Part shown: piece after piece, positions 12,823 through 27,381 of the stretch
How the letters are laid out: every line of letters starts with the position of its first letter
How positions within the stretch are numbered: the first letter of the stretch is position 1
NCBI GenBank assembly: GCA_951406725.2
Contig: OX597815.1
Location: forward strand, 23,622,001 to 23,686,000
Source of the DNA: Octopus vulgaris
Taxonomy: Eukaryota
DNA length: 64,000 nucleotides
Reading direction: 5' to 3'
The notes under the pieces: generated by a model
Seen by the model: only the letters and a program-made list of their open reading frames with translations
Databases searched by the model: none
What the model was told of the DNA's origin: nothing
Program-made: the position numbers and the translations under genes

Positions 12823-13441
12823 TAAGACCTTTTAAAGTCTAGTCACTGACCACAGAGCTACTCAGCCATGTTCCAGCGACAGACGATCAGCCAGCCAACC
12901 ATGCTACTGCTCCAGCTATGAAGATGCTATTATACACCAGCACTGTATGACGTTCTCCATCTCCGCCGCCGTCATCACCATCGTCATCCTTCAACTCTGT
13001 CGTCTCCAACTCCGTCGACTTCAACATGTACACATCTACACACTGACCAGGTTTAACTCCACGCTGTTTGTGAGAATATTTCACCGAGGAAAAGCAGTCT
13101 ACCTAAAGGACTATAATCGCATAAATTAGTTTAATGCTTAATTTACATATTCATCATCTCAACTCCTACTCTCATCATTAAAGTTACCTGAAACCTCAAC
13201 TGGATTTGTATAATTAGGTGATGCACACAAATGATACACTGTGGATGTGTAAAATTTTGAAAATTGTATATTATAGAATGCTTGAAATGATTAGCTCAAT
13301 AAGCTTTAGAGAAAAATTTCCTGAGGCAAATGTAATGTAATATTTTTTGAAGATGTAAAATAATTTTCTGTGAAAATCAAAAACAAAGATATTAAACCAA
13401 ATTGGTCATTAAAAATAATGTTTTGTTTTTTTTGTTCTTAG

Positions 13442-13560
13442 GATCTGAAGCCCAATAATTTACTAATTAATGATGAAGGAGTTCTAAAACTTGGAGATTT
13501 TGGTCTGGCTAAATTTTATGGATCACCCAATCGAATCTATACACATCAAGTTGTTACAAG
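13442..13560 (+). CDS. CDK7: CDK7 exon 6 ([39 protein letters not shown])
   Basis: DLKPNN, DFG and T-loop with Ser164/Thr170 equivalents; phase-2 donor. Confidence 0.98.
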
Positions 13561-13829
13561 GTTAGTATGAATAACGCTTTATTTAAACAGAAATGTCGAC
13601 AGGGTCTTCTTTCTTCATTGCTCAAGATATCTTAGACTAGTCATGGACAAACTGCAATCCACAAGATTTTCTGAATAGCATACGTGCCTAATGATAAATT
13701 ACCTGAATTTTTTTTCTTTTTAGTGGTGCAGCTCACCTACTGATGAGCCAATTCTAGTAAAAGGTGATCCATGCCTGTCTAAGTATGGCTCTCTCTCTCT
13801 CTCTCACACACACACATAAATGTTTTAGA

Positions 13830-14270
13830 CCACATTCTGTGTGATCGTTACCAGCGTCGCCTTACTGGCACTTGTGCCTGTGCTAGTAGGGTGCCAAGAG
13901 CACCATCCGAGCATGATTGTTGCTAGAGCAGCCAACTGGCTTCCGTGCCGGTGGCACGTAAAAGGGCACCATTCAAGCATGATCGTTACCAACATCACCT
14001 TACTGGCACCTGTGCTGGTGGCATGTGTAAAAAGAGATTCGAGCGAAGTCGTTGCCAGTACCACCCGACTGGCTCCCATGCCGGTGGCACGTAAAAGCAC
14101 CCACTACACTCTCGGAGTGGTTGGTGTTAGGAAGGGCATCCAGCTGTAGAAACTCTACCAAATCAAGATTGGCGCCTGGTGCAGCCATCTGGTTCACCAG
14201 CCCTCAGTCAAAATCATCCAACCCATGCTAGCATGGAAAGCGGACGTTAAACGATGATGATGATGATGAT
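13830..14270 (+). mobile_element. RTE 3'-tail element
   Basis: Near-colinear with 44200-44610. Confidence 0.8.
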
Positions 14271-14716
14271 TCTCCAAAACCTGATTTGTAAAGATTCAAC
14301 AACTAGCTTGTAGATATGTGTATTTTGTCTCTGCCTTTTTTTACCGCTGCTTACTTCTCTGAACTATCTAGTTGCAGGCTGTCTCCAGTTAAGGCCATCT
14401 ATCTCATCCTTGCAATGTTTTGCCTCTTAGGTCTTATGCCTAATACTTTTCCTTATTGTTCCTCAACTGAACTACCACCGTCTCATGCCCTGCAGATGTT
14501 CACCGGAACTAGTGAAGTCCTTAAGTAAATTGCAGGACAAAAAAGAGTCCCCTTCAACTGAGTGAGGGTGTTGTAAAAAGGGAGATTGCTTTATGCTAAG
14601 TTTTGAGAGGTTAAAGTAGGATAGAGAGACAAGAATAGGAGTCATGCTGTAGAGAAGATACATGGCTATCTTGTATTATATAAAGGTGGGTGGGAGTAGC
14701 TGGGAAGATAGATAAA

Positions 14717-14994
14717 CATGTTCTGTTGTGTCTGGGGAGAGTCATTTTCTTTTTGTGCCTTATAATGTAACACACTCACCGGTAAAATTTCCACTTATTT
14801 CTTATTTTTATTTTCCTAAAATTTTCGTTGCGTCTTGCAACCTTTTTGAGAGTCAAGACTATTGAAAAGGTTGCAAGATGCAACGAAAACTTTAGGAAAA
14901 TAAAAATAAGAAATAAGTGGAAATTTTACTGCTGAGTGTGTTACATTATAAGGCACAAAAAGAAAACGACCTTCCCCAGACACAACAGAATATG
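14717..14994. repeat. long imperfect palindrome (about 130-bp arms) in CDK7 intron 6
   Basis: TTCTGTTGTGTCTGGGG... pairs with ...CCCCAGACACAACAGAA; short central spacer near 14855. Confidence 0.9.
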
Positions 14995-15569
14995 CTTTAA
15001 CACACAAACTCATATAAAGTATCTTGCAAACCAAATCTAAAAACAAATAGATAGACATAGTAATGATGAAATATCTGGGTGTTTTCTCAAGGTACAAGAA
15101 AGTGAGTAGAAGAGAGAATAGGGACAGAAAATCAAGAAGGGTGGTGGTTAAGTTTGTGAAGGGAAAGTGACATGGTTGGTGACGGAGGTAGAGATGAATG
15201 TAGTGAATGGTGAACAAGGGTGGAAATGTAGTTGATGGTAAATACAAGTTTGTTGGGATGGTGAACGCAAAAGAAGAGGCTTAAAAATGAGATGATGTTA
15301 GGTGGTGGTATAGAAAAGGTGGAGAGCAACATGTTGGGTATGATGGCATGTGCCATTGTAGTGCACCGCTGCATCTACCATATGTTGGTATGTGGACTGG
15401 ATGCTTTTTACATAACCCATAATCCTGTGAAGCATCCTGTTACCAAAGGGGTTCAGCAGTGTAATAAAGATGTGAATTGGTGAAAAATAAGATGATGGGT
15501 GGAGTAGATAAAGGGTAAGTTGGGGTAGGGGAGAGAGAGAGGTTCTGTTTTAAAAACTAACAGATAAAC

Positions 15570-15755
15570 TCGTGCTGGTGGCACGTAAAAGCACCCACTA
15601 CACTCACGGAGTGGTCGGCATTAGGAAGGGCATTCAGCTGTAGAAACTCTGCCAGATCAAATTGGAGCCTGGCGCAGCCATCTGGTTCACCAGTCCTCAG
15701 TCACATCGTCCAACCCATGCTAGCATGGAAAGCGGACGTTAAATGATGATGATGA
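15570..15755 (+). mobile_element. RTE 3'-tail element (short)
   Basis: Shared 3' end and (GAT)n tail. Confidence 0.75.
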
Positions 15756-15965
15756 TATCTTGAGGTGGTTTTGATAGACTGTCTAAAAAAGTGACAAGAT
15801 AGTCATAGTTAGAATGCCATTGACCATTATGGGTTTGTTTGATCAGAGCCAGCTTGGAGGGTCAATCAACAGCTGCTAAACATGATTGCTATAACACTGC
15901 AAAATGTTATGTTTTTCTGGTTTTGTTTTCTCTTATAAATTCTGTTTATAATTTTCTTTTCATGA

Positions 15966-17460
<1,495 letters not shown>

Positions 17461-17550
17461 TGGATCAAATGAGGGGATGATACAGATATGCCTATTATTA
17501 TATATTGCTTTATTATGTTTTAATTATTTTTTTCTTTTGTTTTGTTTTAG

Positions 17551-17637
17551 GTTCCTTTTTTGCCAGGAGAAACTGATCTAGATCAATTGACACGAATCTT
17601 TCAAGCTATGGGTACACCAACTGAAGCCACTTGGTCG
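17551..17637 (+). CDS. CDK7: CDK7 exon 8 ([29 protein letters not shown])
   Basis: Matches CDK7 [17 protein letters not shown]; AG/GT bounded. Confidence 0.97.
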
Positions 17638-17789
17638 GTAAGTTTTGGTGTTTGATGATGGAAGCAGCAGCTTTGGATCCAACTGAAATTATAGAATAAG
17701 AGGAAACAAAAACAAGCATAAGTTACTCCTTTGAATTTATATGAAATCATTTTTAGAATAGAATTTCAGTGAAAGATTTTATTTCAATG

Positions 17790-18075
17790 GGTTTATGCCA
17801 GCACCGCCTTGACTGGCTTCCGTGCTGGTGGCATGTAAAAAGCACCAACCCGATCGTGGCCACTGCCAGCCTCCCCTGGCACCTGTGCCAGTGGCACATA
17901 AAAAGCACCCACTACACTCACGGAGTGGTTGGCGTTAGGAAGGGCATCCAGCTGTAGAAACACTGCCAGATCAGACTGGAGCCTGGTGCAGCCTCCATGG
18001 CTTACCAGACCCTGGTTGAACCGTGCAACCCATGCTAGCATGGAAAACGGACGTTAAACAATGATGATGATGATG
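17790..18075 (+). mobile_element. RTE 3'-tail element
   Basis: Shared family sequence and tail. Confidence 0.75.
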
Positions 18076-18640
18076 GGTTTCTCTTTTTCTCATCATTGAT
18101 ATTTATGGAGAGTGCTGAGTGAATAAGGTACTGAATAAACCTATCTTTGTTGCTGAGGCTGACATTAGTCTTTTGAAGGTACAGACTATTTAGCTATGTA
18201 AGTTCCCTGGCTGAAAGTTGCAGCAGCACTGTTAATTGGGAAAGTATTTTGTTGACTCACCATGCTAAGTTCAGTTTCTCTGGTAGGAAAAACTATTTGC
18301 AATAGAGACCATTTATCTTTCCTCATCTGTTTAATGCAAGCACTGATCCAATTTTCACTTATATGACTTTAGTTGACTTGAGTCTGTGGAAGAAGACATT
18401 TGTCCAAGGTGTCTTGCAGGACGATAAAACCTGAAATCACATATCTAAGAAACAAACTTCTTATCCACGCAACCAGAATTATACTTACTGTGTATCAAGG
18501 CATATAAAATTGTCATTAAATTTTAGCCTTTTCATTGTAGCTCCAAGTGTATATAACATTATCTCCAAAACTTTTGTACAGCTATTTTTTAATGCTGATG
18601 TCATTAGCAAGACTATAGTAATTTCTAACTGTATTTTCAG

Positions 18641-18790
18641 GCCATGAAAGAGCTTCCTGACTACATCCAGTTCAAGGAATTTCCACCCAATCCCTTAAGT
18701 TCTATATTTACAGCAGCATCAGATGATTTATTGGACTTGATGGCTGAATTACTAAAGATGGATCCATTGAAAAGAGCAACCACTGAAAAG
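18641..18790 (+). CDS. CDK7: CDK7 exon 9 (AMKELPDYIQFKEFPPNPLSSIFTAASDDLLDLMAELLKMDPLKRATTEK)
   Basis: Matches LPDYVTFKSFP...IFSAAGDDLLDL; AG/GT bounded. Confidence 0.96.
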
Positions 18791-19407
18791 GTACAATTTT
18801 CACTTGTGTATCTAAAATATTTCTGAAATTATTTATAGTGTACGGTTGTGTGTGTACAAATATATATCTTTTGAATGTACCTGCATAGATACACACACAC
18901 ACACACACACACAGATACAAGGATAGTATTAAAACAAAACCCAAGTTCACTGATTCTGTCTAAATGAAAGTACAATGTCTCACATCATCATCATCATAGT
19001 GTCCACTTTTCTATGCAAACAGAATTTGTTGTGGCAGATTTTTTATCGCTGGATGCCTTCCCTTTATCAACGACCGCATGTTTCCAAGTAAGATTTTTGT
19101 CCCCCCCTTGTTTGGATCTGTCTTCACAGAAGTTTGGTGACAAGGGACAGTGCTCATATGATGGTGATATACATTTACAACAATCCTGATATCAAGACAA
19201 GGAGACCAACTCCACCCCCACCCCCACACACATATGTATATACATGAATATGATAGGATTCTTTCAGTTTCTATCTACCAAATCTACCAACAAGACTTTG
19301 GTCAGCCAGAACTATTAAAGATGCCCAAGGTGCGGTGCTGTGGGACTGAAGCCAAAACTAGGTAGTTGGAAAGCAAGCTTCTAATTGAAAAGTGTAAAAA
19401 TAGATAA

Positions 19408-19820
19408 TCATCATCATCATCATCATCGTTTAACGTCCGCTTTCCATGCTAGCATGGGTTGGACGGTTTGACCGGGGCCTGGGAAGCCAGAAGTCTGCAC
19501 CAGGCCCAGTCTGATCTGGCAGTGTTTCTACAGCTGGATGCCCTTCCTAACGCCAACCACTCCGTGAGTGTAGTGGGTGCTTTTTATGTGCCACCAGCAC
19601 AGGTGCCAGACGAGGCTGGCAAACGGCCACGATCGGATGGTGCTTTTTACGTGTCACCGGCACGGAGACCAGACGAAGCTGGCAACGGCCATGATCAGAT
19701 GGTGCCTTTTATGTACCACTGGCATGGAAGCCAGTCAGGGCGGTGCTGGCTACGGCCACGTTCGGATGGTTCTCTTACGTGCCACCGGCACTGGTATCAA
19801 AGCTGCAAATTCCACTGATG
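19408..19820 (-). mobile_element. RTE 3'-tail element
   Basis: Shared family sequence, (CAT)n at left. Confidence 0.8.
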
Positions 19821-20759
19821 TTGTTGGATTACTATTTTGATTTTGATTTTCAATTTTTCAGTTCTGCTGATTGGGTAGACTTTATTAATCAAACATTCAT
19901 GAAATACTAGATTGTATATGCAATATATTGTACATTTAGGAAAAACTTACAATACAAATATTTCCTCTTGAAGACATAATTATGTCAAAACAGGAATGGC
20001 AAAGTGGAGTGAAATTGGAAATTACCAGCAACTATAAAGGGGAATTTCCATTATGGACAAACAGATCATGATGACAGTTAAGAAGTATCAAAATATGACA
20101 TTTCTTCAATATTGCTAACTTTATTAGAATACTAGAAAGAAGAAAGAACAGTGAATCTTGATTTGTATCTATTTTTGTTACCAATTGTCTTTCTTGGATG
20201 TTCCAGACCAGGTTTCCAAGGTGCTCAATTTTGATTTTGTTTTGTTTTCAAGCATATCATGATGACTACATTCTATGGCAGTCTTTTGCCCACAGGAAGA
20301 TTTGAAATTTACACTGAAAATTAAACACTCAGCAATTATATAGTACCCCAGCTACCTTTAAATTCATTATGGTGTGTGTAAATATGTGTGTGTGCGTGTG
20401 TGTGTAAATATGTATGTATGTGTGTGTGTGTGTGTAAATATGTATGTATATATGTGTGTGATGATGATGTATTTATGTATATATGTATGTGTGTGTGTGT
20501 GTGAATATATAAGTATGTATGTGTGTGTGTATATATATATAACGGGAAGCTTTATGAAAATAGACAAAAGACGAAGGCAGGTGGAAAACAAACAAACAAT
20601 TGTATTAGTATGGCGCTCAGGAAATATAAATAAAACAAGTCTTTAACGTTTTGAGCCTACGCTCTTCAACAGAAAGATACACAGAGAAAAAAAACACAGA
20701 AAGAAGGAGAGAAAAAAATGCGTGCAGTAACTAATGAATCAACATATATATATATATAT

Positions 20760-21038
20760 GGCAGTGAAACATGGGCCGTGACTGCTGAGGATATGCGTAA
20801 GCTCGCAAGGAATGAAGCCAGCATGCTCCGATGGATGTGTAATGTCAGTGTTCATACTCAACAGAGTGTTAGTGCCCTGAGAGAAAAGTTGGACCTAAGA
20901 AGCATCAGATGTGGTGTGCAAGAGAGATGACTGTGCTGGTATGGTCATGTGGCGAGAATGGATGTGGATAGCTGTGTGAAAAAGTGCCACACCCTACTGG
21001 TTGAGGGAACCTGTGGAAGAGGTAGACCCAGGAAGACC
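20760..21038 (+). mobile_element. RTE LINE 3' RT fragment
   Basis: YGSETWAVTAEDMRKLARNEASMLRWMCNVS, nearly identical to 43570-43845. Confidence 0.85.
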
Positions 21039-23260
21039 TAAAGTGTCATCTTTACCTTTGTAGTAGTTGACTATTATGCTGCTACACCAGTCATTGGGTA
21101 TGACTCCTTCGTGTATCACCTGGTTAACTATATGAGTGACTAGGCTGTAGCCTACACTGCCAGATATTTTGAGCATATCTGCAGTAATTCCTGATGGGCC
21201 AGGAGCTTTCCCTGTCTTCATACTCTTAATTGCTTTATCTACCAAGGTACTGTCAACTCGGATAGCTGGTCCCTCTGTTGGGTCGACATTTGGCAGACTC
21301 TCTTTCTCCCATTCATTTTCTTTATTGAGCAACATTTCATAGTGGTGTCTCCAAACCTCTCTCTTTGCAGTGAACCATCATCCATGCGAACGCATTTCTC
21401 TCCTACAACATCACGATTCTCTCTCACACACTGTCTTGCAACACGAAATACCTCAACACAAAATACATTGGCAAATTTTTTCTTATCTGCTTCCGCTCTT
21501 GCTAAATAAACGTGCCTCCTAGTTTCCCTTCTGGCAGTCTGATACAATTTCCTGCTACCACCGTTCTTCCAGTCTTTCCAAGCCTGTTTCTTTTCTCTAA
21601 TAGCTCTGTCAACAACATTGTTCCACCACCATGTTATTTTGGGTTGAGAGGGGACTTTGCACCATCCACAGATCTGGTCAGTGGCCCTCAGCAGATTGTC
21701 CTGTAGAAACCTCCAGTTATCTTCTACATTGTGTGAAGTTATATCCCCTGCTATTTTGTCAAAGGCTTCGAGTAATATGTCTCTAAATCTCCGTCCATTG
21801 GCAGGATCTTTAAGCTTCCAGACCCTTCTCCTCCATGCTGGTCGTCTTCTGGGCATCAACTTAGCCCTGATCTTGAAGTCACTAACTACCAGTCTATGTT
21901 GTGGGGTACATTCTTCACCTGGGAAGGTTTTGGCATTTATAAGCAGCCATCTTTCCCTTTTTCTGGTGAGGATGTAGTCAATTTGGCTAGTGTGTCTACC
22001 AGATCAGTAGATGACTAGGTGACTGGCAGGTTTTCTGAAGTTAGTATTGCAAACCATAAGATCATTTGCATAGCAGAACTCCAGCAGCCTGGTTCCCTCC
22101 TCATTGTGGGAGCCAAAAGCGTAGCCTCCATGGAAGCCCTCGGCATGTTGTCCAACATGTCCATTGAAGTCACCAGCCACAAAGAGAAGGTCCCTGTCAT
22201 TCGTCAACTCAGTAGTCTGCAAGAGGGTGTCATAGAATCGGTCTTTCTGTCCATCGTGTAGCCCCGGCTGAGGGGCATATGCCAAGATAATGGTTGCTAA
22301 CCCATGAGGAAGCACTAATCTAATCTTAAGTATTCTGTCGCATACTTTGACTACCTCAATTACCTTATCTACCAATTTTTCAGCAAAAAGTATACCCATG
22401 CCCCCGACCCCATCAGTGTTCCCTGCCCAGAAAATCTTGTACTTGTGTTCTTTGCCAGTGAGGAACTTAGCAGAACCTTCTCTCCACCTTACTTCTTGGA
22501 TGCAGTACATATTGACATATCTCCTTTCAAGCATCTCAACAATCTCACCAGACTTACCTTTCAGTGTGCTGATGTTGAGAGTGCCAACCCTGAGGGTGTG
22601 GTAGGCATGGGCCCTTGAGACCCTGGGACGGGGGACAGTAGTGTCATGTACCTGAAAAGAGAGCTTGCATTTGGCAGAATTCATAAACAAACAATAGCCA
22701 TTACTTCAACCTGCGTACCCTACACTATCATATTTTTGCACTATGTGATCGCTACCTTATATAGTAGGAGTGGGGATGGCGTAAGCCTTTAGGAGTATTC
22801 ATGGGAGACAACCAAAGGTTGCCAGAAAATAAGGACTTCCGGTGCGGGGGGGGGGGGGGCACGTACCGCCAACTAGCAATTTGGACGAGAACGAGAGCAC
22901 CTCCTGGACATGTATTCTTTCGGCGGAGGTGTTAAGAATCGAGTAAGGAGTCAGTGTGCGTGCGCTAGTTTATATGGGTGGTGGTGGTGGTGGTGCAGGT
23001 AGTAGGAAGTCTTGGCGAGGCGATTGGTAATCAAAAGAGAGAGAGACAGACAAAGTGAGACCGATAGAGAGACAGAGTGAGAGAGAGAGAGAGATGGGGG
23101 TCAGGACACGATGGATAAAAGATATTCTTTCGGGATTTGTGTGGCATGGTTAATTTAACAAGACGGCAACTGTTGATAATAGTAAATAGAATTGAAGAAT
23201 CTGAGAGCCAGTCTGAGACAAAATTAGACGAGAATGTCTGTGATAGACTTTAATAGATGA
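21039..23260 (-). mobile_element. RTE-clade LINE 5' half (APE endonuclease plus RT start), frameshifted
   Basis: ORFs 22004-22690 (GTLNI, CIQEVRW, AYAPQ, AGDFNGHVG), 21239-21859 and 20994-21335 (GKAPGPSGIT...IPNDW). Confidence 0.92.
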
Positions 23261-23498
23261 ATGAATGAATATGTTGTGGTTAAGGAAATGTGTGAACTAA
23301 CATTATCTTAGGCAACAACAAGGAAGACGAAACTATAGAACTGTATTACATGATGACATGGTACTGACTTAGACAGAATAATGAAAAGGAGCTAATAAGG
23401 GGTTTATAATCTGTGCAAAAATAGAAGAGTAAATGACGGGGTTGAAAAAGGCAGACTTATCTGGACGTACATACTTTATTTAAAAGCAGCAGAAATAT

Positions 23499-23551
23499 AA
23501 CAAAAGCTGTTACTCAGAGTTTCACGTTCCCATTTGTCGGACAGTTTTGTT
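23499..23551 (-). ncRNA. degenerate minimal hammerhead ribozyme motif
   Basis: Minus: AACAAAACTGT CCGACAA ATG-GGAA-CGT GAAA CTC-T-GAG TA ACAGCTTTTGTT; three stems present, core differs from CUGAnGA at two positions. Confidence 0.5.
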
Positions 23552-23659
23552 AAAATAGAACCTATATATACTTACTTTGATACTTTTCGGCCATTATTGG
23601 CCCAGGCCATGTCTAACTTAATAGCACCACCTGGTGGAGTCTTTCAAGTCAGAATTTGG

Positions 23660-23955
23660 GCACTATGGCCCACTCAAGTAGAGAGTTATTGTTTACAGAG
23701 ACATATCCGGGTGTAGGGGGTTTATCCGGGATTTCTTGAAGGAATCTGTCCAAAGACTTCTTGAACCCTATAGGGTCTGTTTCTGTTTTAATGTGTTTTG
23801 GTGTAATGTTAAAGAGAGCGGGGCCAATTGAGGTGAAATAATTGTGCCGTATTGTTGTTATGAGATGAGAGTGCGATTTTTGTTTTGGGCGGATGGCACG
23901 GGGCCCAAGCTTGGATGTACCTTAAAGGTGATGCCAACATCATTTGGGCAATGCA
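23660..23955 (-). mobile_element. CR1/L2-type LINE C-terminal fragment
   Basis: Minus translation RHNYFTSIGPALFNITPKHIK...FKKSLDRFLQEIPDKP, typical of CR1/L2 ORF2 ends. Confidence 0.65.
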
Positions 23956-23994
23956 GATATATATATCATGCAGATCATGATATATACATCATGC

Positions 23995-24035
<41 letters not shown>

Positions 24036-24224
24036 TGTGTGTGTGTGTGTACTGGTTTTGATTCATTGAATCCTATGATTCTGTTAATATCTTTAATGTA
24101 AAGGAAATGGATACATGACCTTTGAAGATGATTAAAAATATGGAAATATATAATTAAATTTGAATCAGTTGTTCAATCATTGTTTTCTGTTTAGTGTTTT
24201 AATTCCTCTTATTTAATTTGCCAG

Positions 24225-24360
24225 GCTTTGCAAATGCCATACTTCAGCAACCAGCCAGCCCCTAGTCTTGGCACTGATTTGCCTCGACCCAGACAGAAAT
24301 CAAATAAAGATGACCAGGATCCAAGGAAGTCAATGAAAAGAAAAATAATTGAAAATTCTG
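24225..24360 (+). CDS. CDK7: CDK7 exon 10 (ALQMPYFSNQPAPSLGTDLPRPRQKSNKDDQDPRKSMKRKIIENS/G)
   Basis: Matches [22 protein letters not shown] and the KRK basic patch; phase-1 donor. Confidence 0.93.
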
Positions 24361-25969
24361 GTCAGTTCCTATATATTTCGATATATCACAAATTGATTCT
24401 GTTTCTCATGTGTAGGTGAGAGCATGATTTATTTATTTGAAAAGTAAAGAAACCAATACTGGTAATGAAAATGAACAAAGGGAGAATTCATTGAGCAAAG
24501 TGTTAGGTGCAGGGTTGTGTCAGGAGACAAAGTGCAGAAGTGGGTGTATGTGGTGGGCTTCAGCAGGGGTGTTATAATGCTTGGGAGTTCAGAAGAGACA
24601 AGTAAAGGAAATGGCATGTCAGCCAGATGATAATTTTATTTTTGGTTGCAGCCTAATATGTTTGTGTGTGTAACAGCAGCCCATTGTGCACCCGTCTCGC
24701 TAGTGAAGAGCAGAGTGCATCAGATTGCATGGATGCTGTAGTATTTATCATATAGTTGTTTCATTGTGAGTTCATAAGACTTTCAATGGACGATCAGAGT
24801 TCCTGTCTATATTTGTAAGCCATCATACATGATTAGTGGCAGGTCATCCTCGCGTAGGATACCCACAGACACAATCCAACATCACCAGAAAGCCACCAGA
24901 TTGCAGAAGAGCCATCACCTGGAATTTTACTATTGCCCTCCAGTTAGCCAGGTTGCAGCCCTAGCACTGCTGGTGTCAGACCTGTCCGCCTTGGGTGGCC
25001 CTATCAGGGACTTGAAGTCATTGATAGCATAGCTCTGGCACTTGTTTCAAAGTGGATATGAAACTCGTTTCTGACCCTCGAGTCTTTGGCATTTGTTGCT
25101 GGAACTGGAAGTGGCTTCAACATACTGCAGAATTGGCTACCGATAGATGTGCATGGATTGCCTTGACCCGTGATGTGGTGAACTCAATAGGAGCCAGCTT
25201 AATCCCTCCCTGGCTAATGCAGTTGCAAGACAAGTAACAGCAGCATCATACCAGATACGTAATGAGTAGTCTAAAGTTAGTTACACTTGGACTTCATAGA
25301 GGGTGACCAAATGATCAGAGCTAAAGTACTTTTTGGTCCTAAAGCAGATACCTAGCAACTGGAAATTGTATTCTATGCAGGTGCAGATATCATCTTTAGG
25401 AAAGAGCCTGGATTTTAGAGATGAACCAGTAATTGTGTCTCTGTTGAAAAAAGTAGAAGTTGCTTCTGTGTTAGTATGTGGTGGTTAGGATAAAGATTAG
25501 ACCAATCATAATCATCATCATTTAACATCTGTTGTCCATGCTCATGTGGATTGGATGGTTTGACCAGTCTGGCATGCTGGAAGGATGCACCAGACTCCAG
25601 TCTGATTTGGCATTCATAAAAAAATTTTAATGGAATAATCACACCACACGTTTCTTTAGAAAAGATGCGAGCATCAAAGCACTTCTGCTTGTTAGGGATT
25701 AGGTGACACAGAACCAGGTTCAATACTTTTCAGAATTTAAATAATTCCAATATAACTTTAAATTTCATTAGTGTAGGGGAGGGTGTTGTTTTTGTTTTTA
25801 TGCAAAATTAAAAAAAAAAAAAAATATCAACATTACTAATGGTGCCCCAGCATGGCCACAGCCTTAGGGCTGAAACATATAAAAGACCCACCACCATTAC
25901 GAATATATAATCTATAATCATCATCATCATCATTATCATACATGTAAGAAATTGTTGTTTTATTTACAG

Positions 25970-26001
25970 GTAGTTCTCTTGCGAAACGTTTGATTTTCTG
26001 A
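25970..26001 (+). CDS. CDK7: CDK7 exon 11, terminal (GSSLAKRLIF*)
   Basis: TTTACAG acceptor, phase matches exon 10; ends KRLIF* like human KKLIF*; total CDS 1020 nt. Confidence 0.92.
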
Positions 26002-26165
26002 AGATCCCTGTTACATAATGCAGACATTTTACTGAAAGTTTTCTCAGGATTAAAATCTATTACTTTACGTATCCTTTTTCTTCCAAAAACTACATTTTTT
26101 TTTTCTTTTTGTAACATTTTATCTTTTTCATACTGTCATAATTTAAAACAAAAACAAAAAAGAAA

Positions 26166-26171
26166 ATTAAA
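26166..26171 (+). promoter_or_regulatory. candidate CDK7 polyadenylation signal ATTAAA
   Basis: 165 nt after the stop, followed by a T/GT-rich tract; not unique. Confidence 0.35.
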
Positions 26172-26303
26172 GATTTATTTTAATTAATTTGTTTATTTTT
26201 GTCTTTTTTTAACGATAATTTTTTAAAAATAAGGGGGAAATGATTGACTACTGAATATGAAAATATTACTGAAACTGTTGGGATATGCTGAGTCATTATA
26301 GAG

Positions 26304-26522
26304 CAGTGGTTTTCAACCAGGATTCCGCAGAACCTTAGGGTTCCGCCAGTACAGTCCAGGGGTTCCGCAAGAAGTTACAAAACTGCTAAAATCGGCAGTA
26401 ATTTTTAATTCTCCTGTGCAGATATGTGTGCATAAAACTATTAAATTATTGCACAGGGGTTCCTCGAGCCAGTGGAATGTTTCCTTGGGGTTCCGCTCCA
26501 GTAAAAAGTTTGAAAAGCACTG
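26304..26522. mobile_element. hAT MITE
   Basis: CAGTG...CACTG TIRs; perfect TSD TTATAGAG. Confidence 0.85.
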
Positions 26523-27103
26523 TTATAGAGCATGGATTGAGAATCTCATTAATAGTAAGATAATAGATCTTACTGTTATTAATAAGCATTTCTTCATTGG
26601 AAGGACTAAGATGTTATTAAAGAAATATATGAATGTTATGATGCAGGCATTAATTGTTATTTGGTAACTAGTAAATAGCTATATGGTGACTGTAGATAAT
26701 ACAACTCACTGAAAGACAGTTAAATGTTGGCCCTGGTATCAATGTATCCTTTAGCCCTTGAGCATTTAAACCTGCCATATCAGGCCCAAATATTCTACCT
26801 GTTTTATGTTTTAAAATGGTCAGATCTGGCCTTTCACATTTACCCTACAGTTTCATTCTCAAAATAAACAATTACATCATTTTGAAACTAAGAGATAATG
26901 CATGATTAATTCAAAACACGGTGAATAAATAAGCATTACATTTGATAGAGTAATTTGAGTGCTAAAGGGTTTAGGTAGTTAAACTGAAGAGAATGAATTA
27001 AATGCATGACCCCTTGCTTCAAGGGAAGCAAACAAAATTGTGATGATGGTAATATTTGATAGTACTACCTTGAAGTTAAATGTTTAAGGTATAACTCTAG
27101 TGG

Positions 27104-27381
27104 TGGAGGCGCAATGGCCCAGTGGTTAGGGCAGCGGACTCGCGGTCGGAGGATCATGGTTTCGATTCCCAGACCAGGCATTGTGTGTGTTTATTGAGCG
27201 AAAACACCTAAAGCTCCACAGGGGGTGGTGGCGACCCACTCTTTCACTCATTCTTTTTTCCTGTTTCTTGAGAAACGCTGTGATGGGCTGCCGTCCTGTC
27301 CAGCTGGGATGGGGGGGGCATATGTCACAGAAACCGGGCCCATGAACCTGGCTAGGCTTGAAAAGGGCGCATAAATAAAAA
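27104..27381 (+). mobile_element. tRNA-derived SINE
   Basis: Same head as 870-1244; flanked by duplicated ATAACTCTAGTG. Confidence 0.75.
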
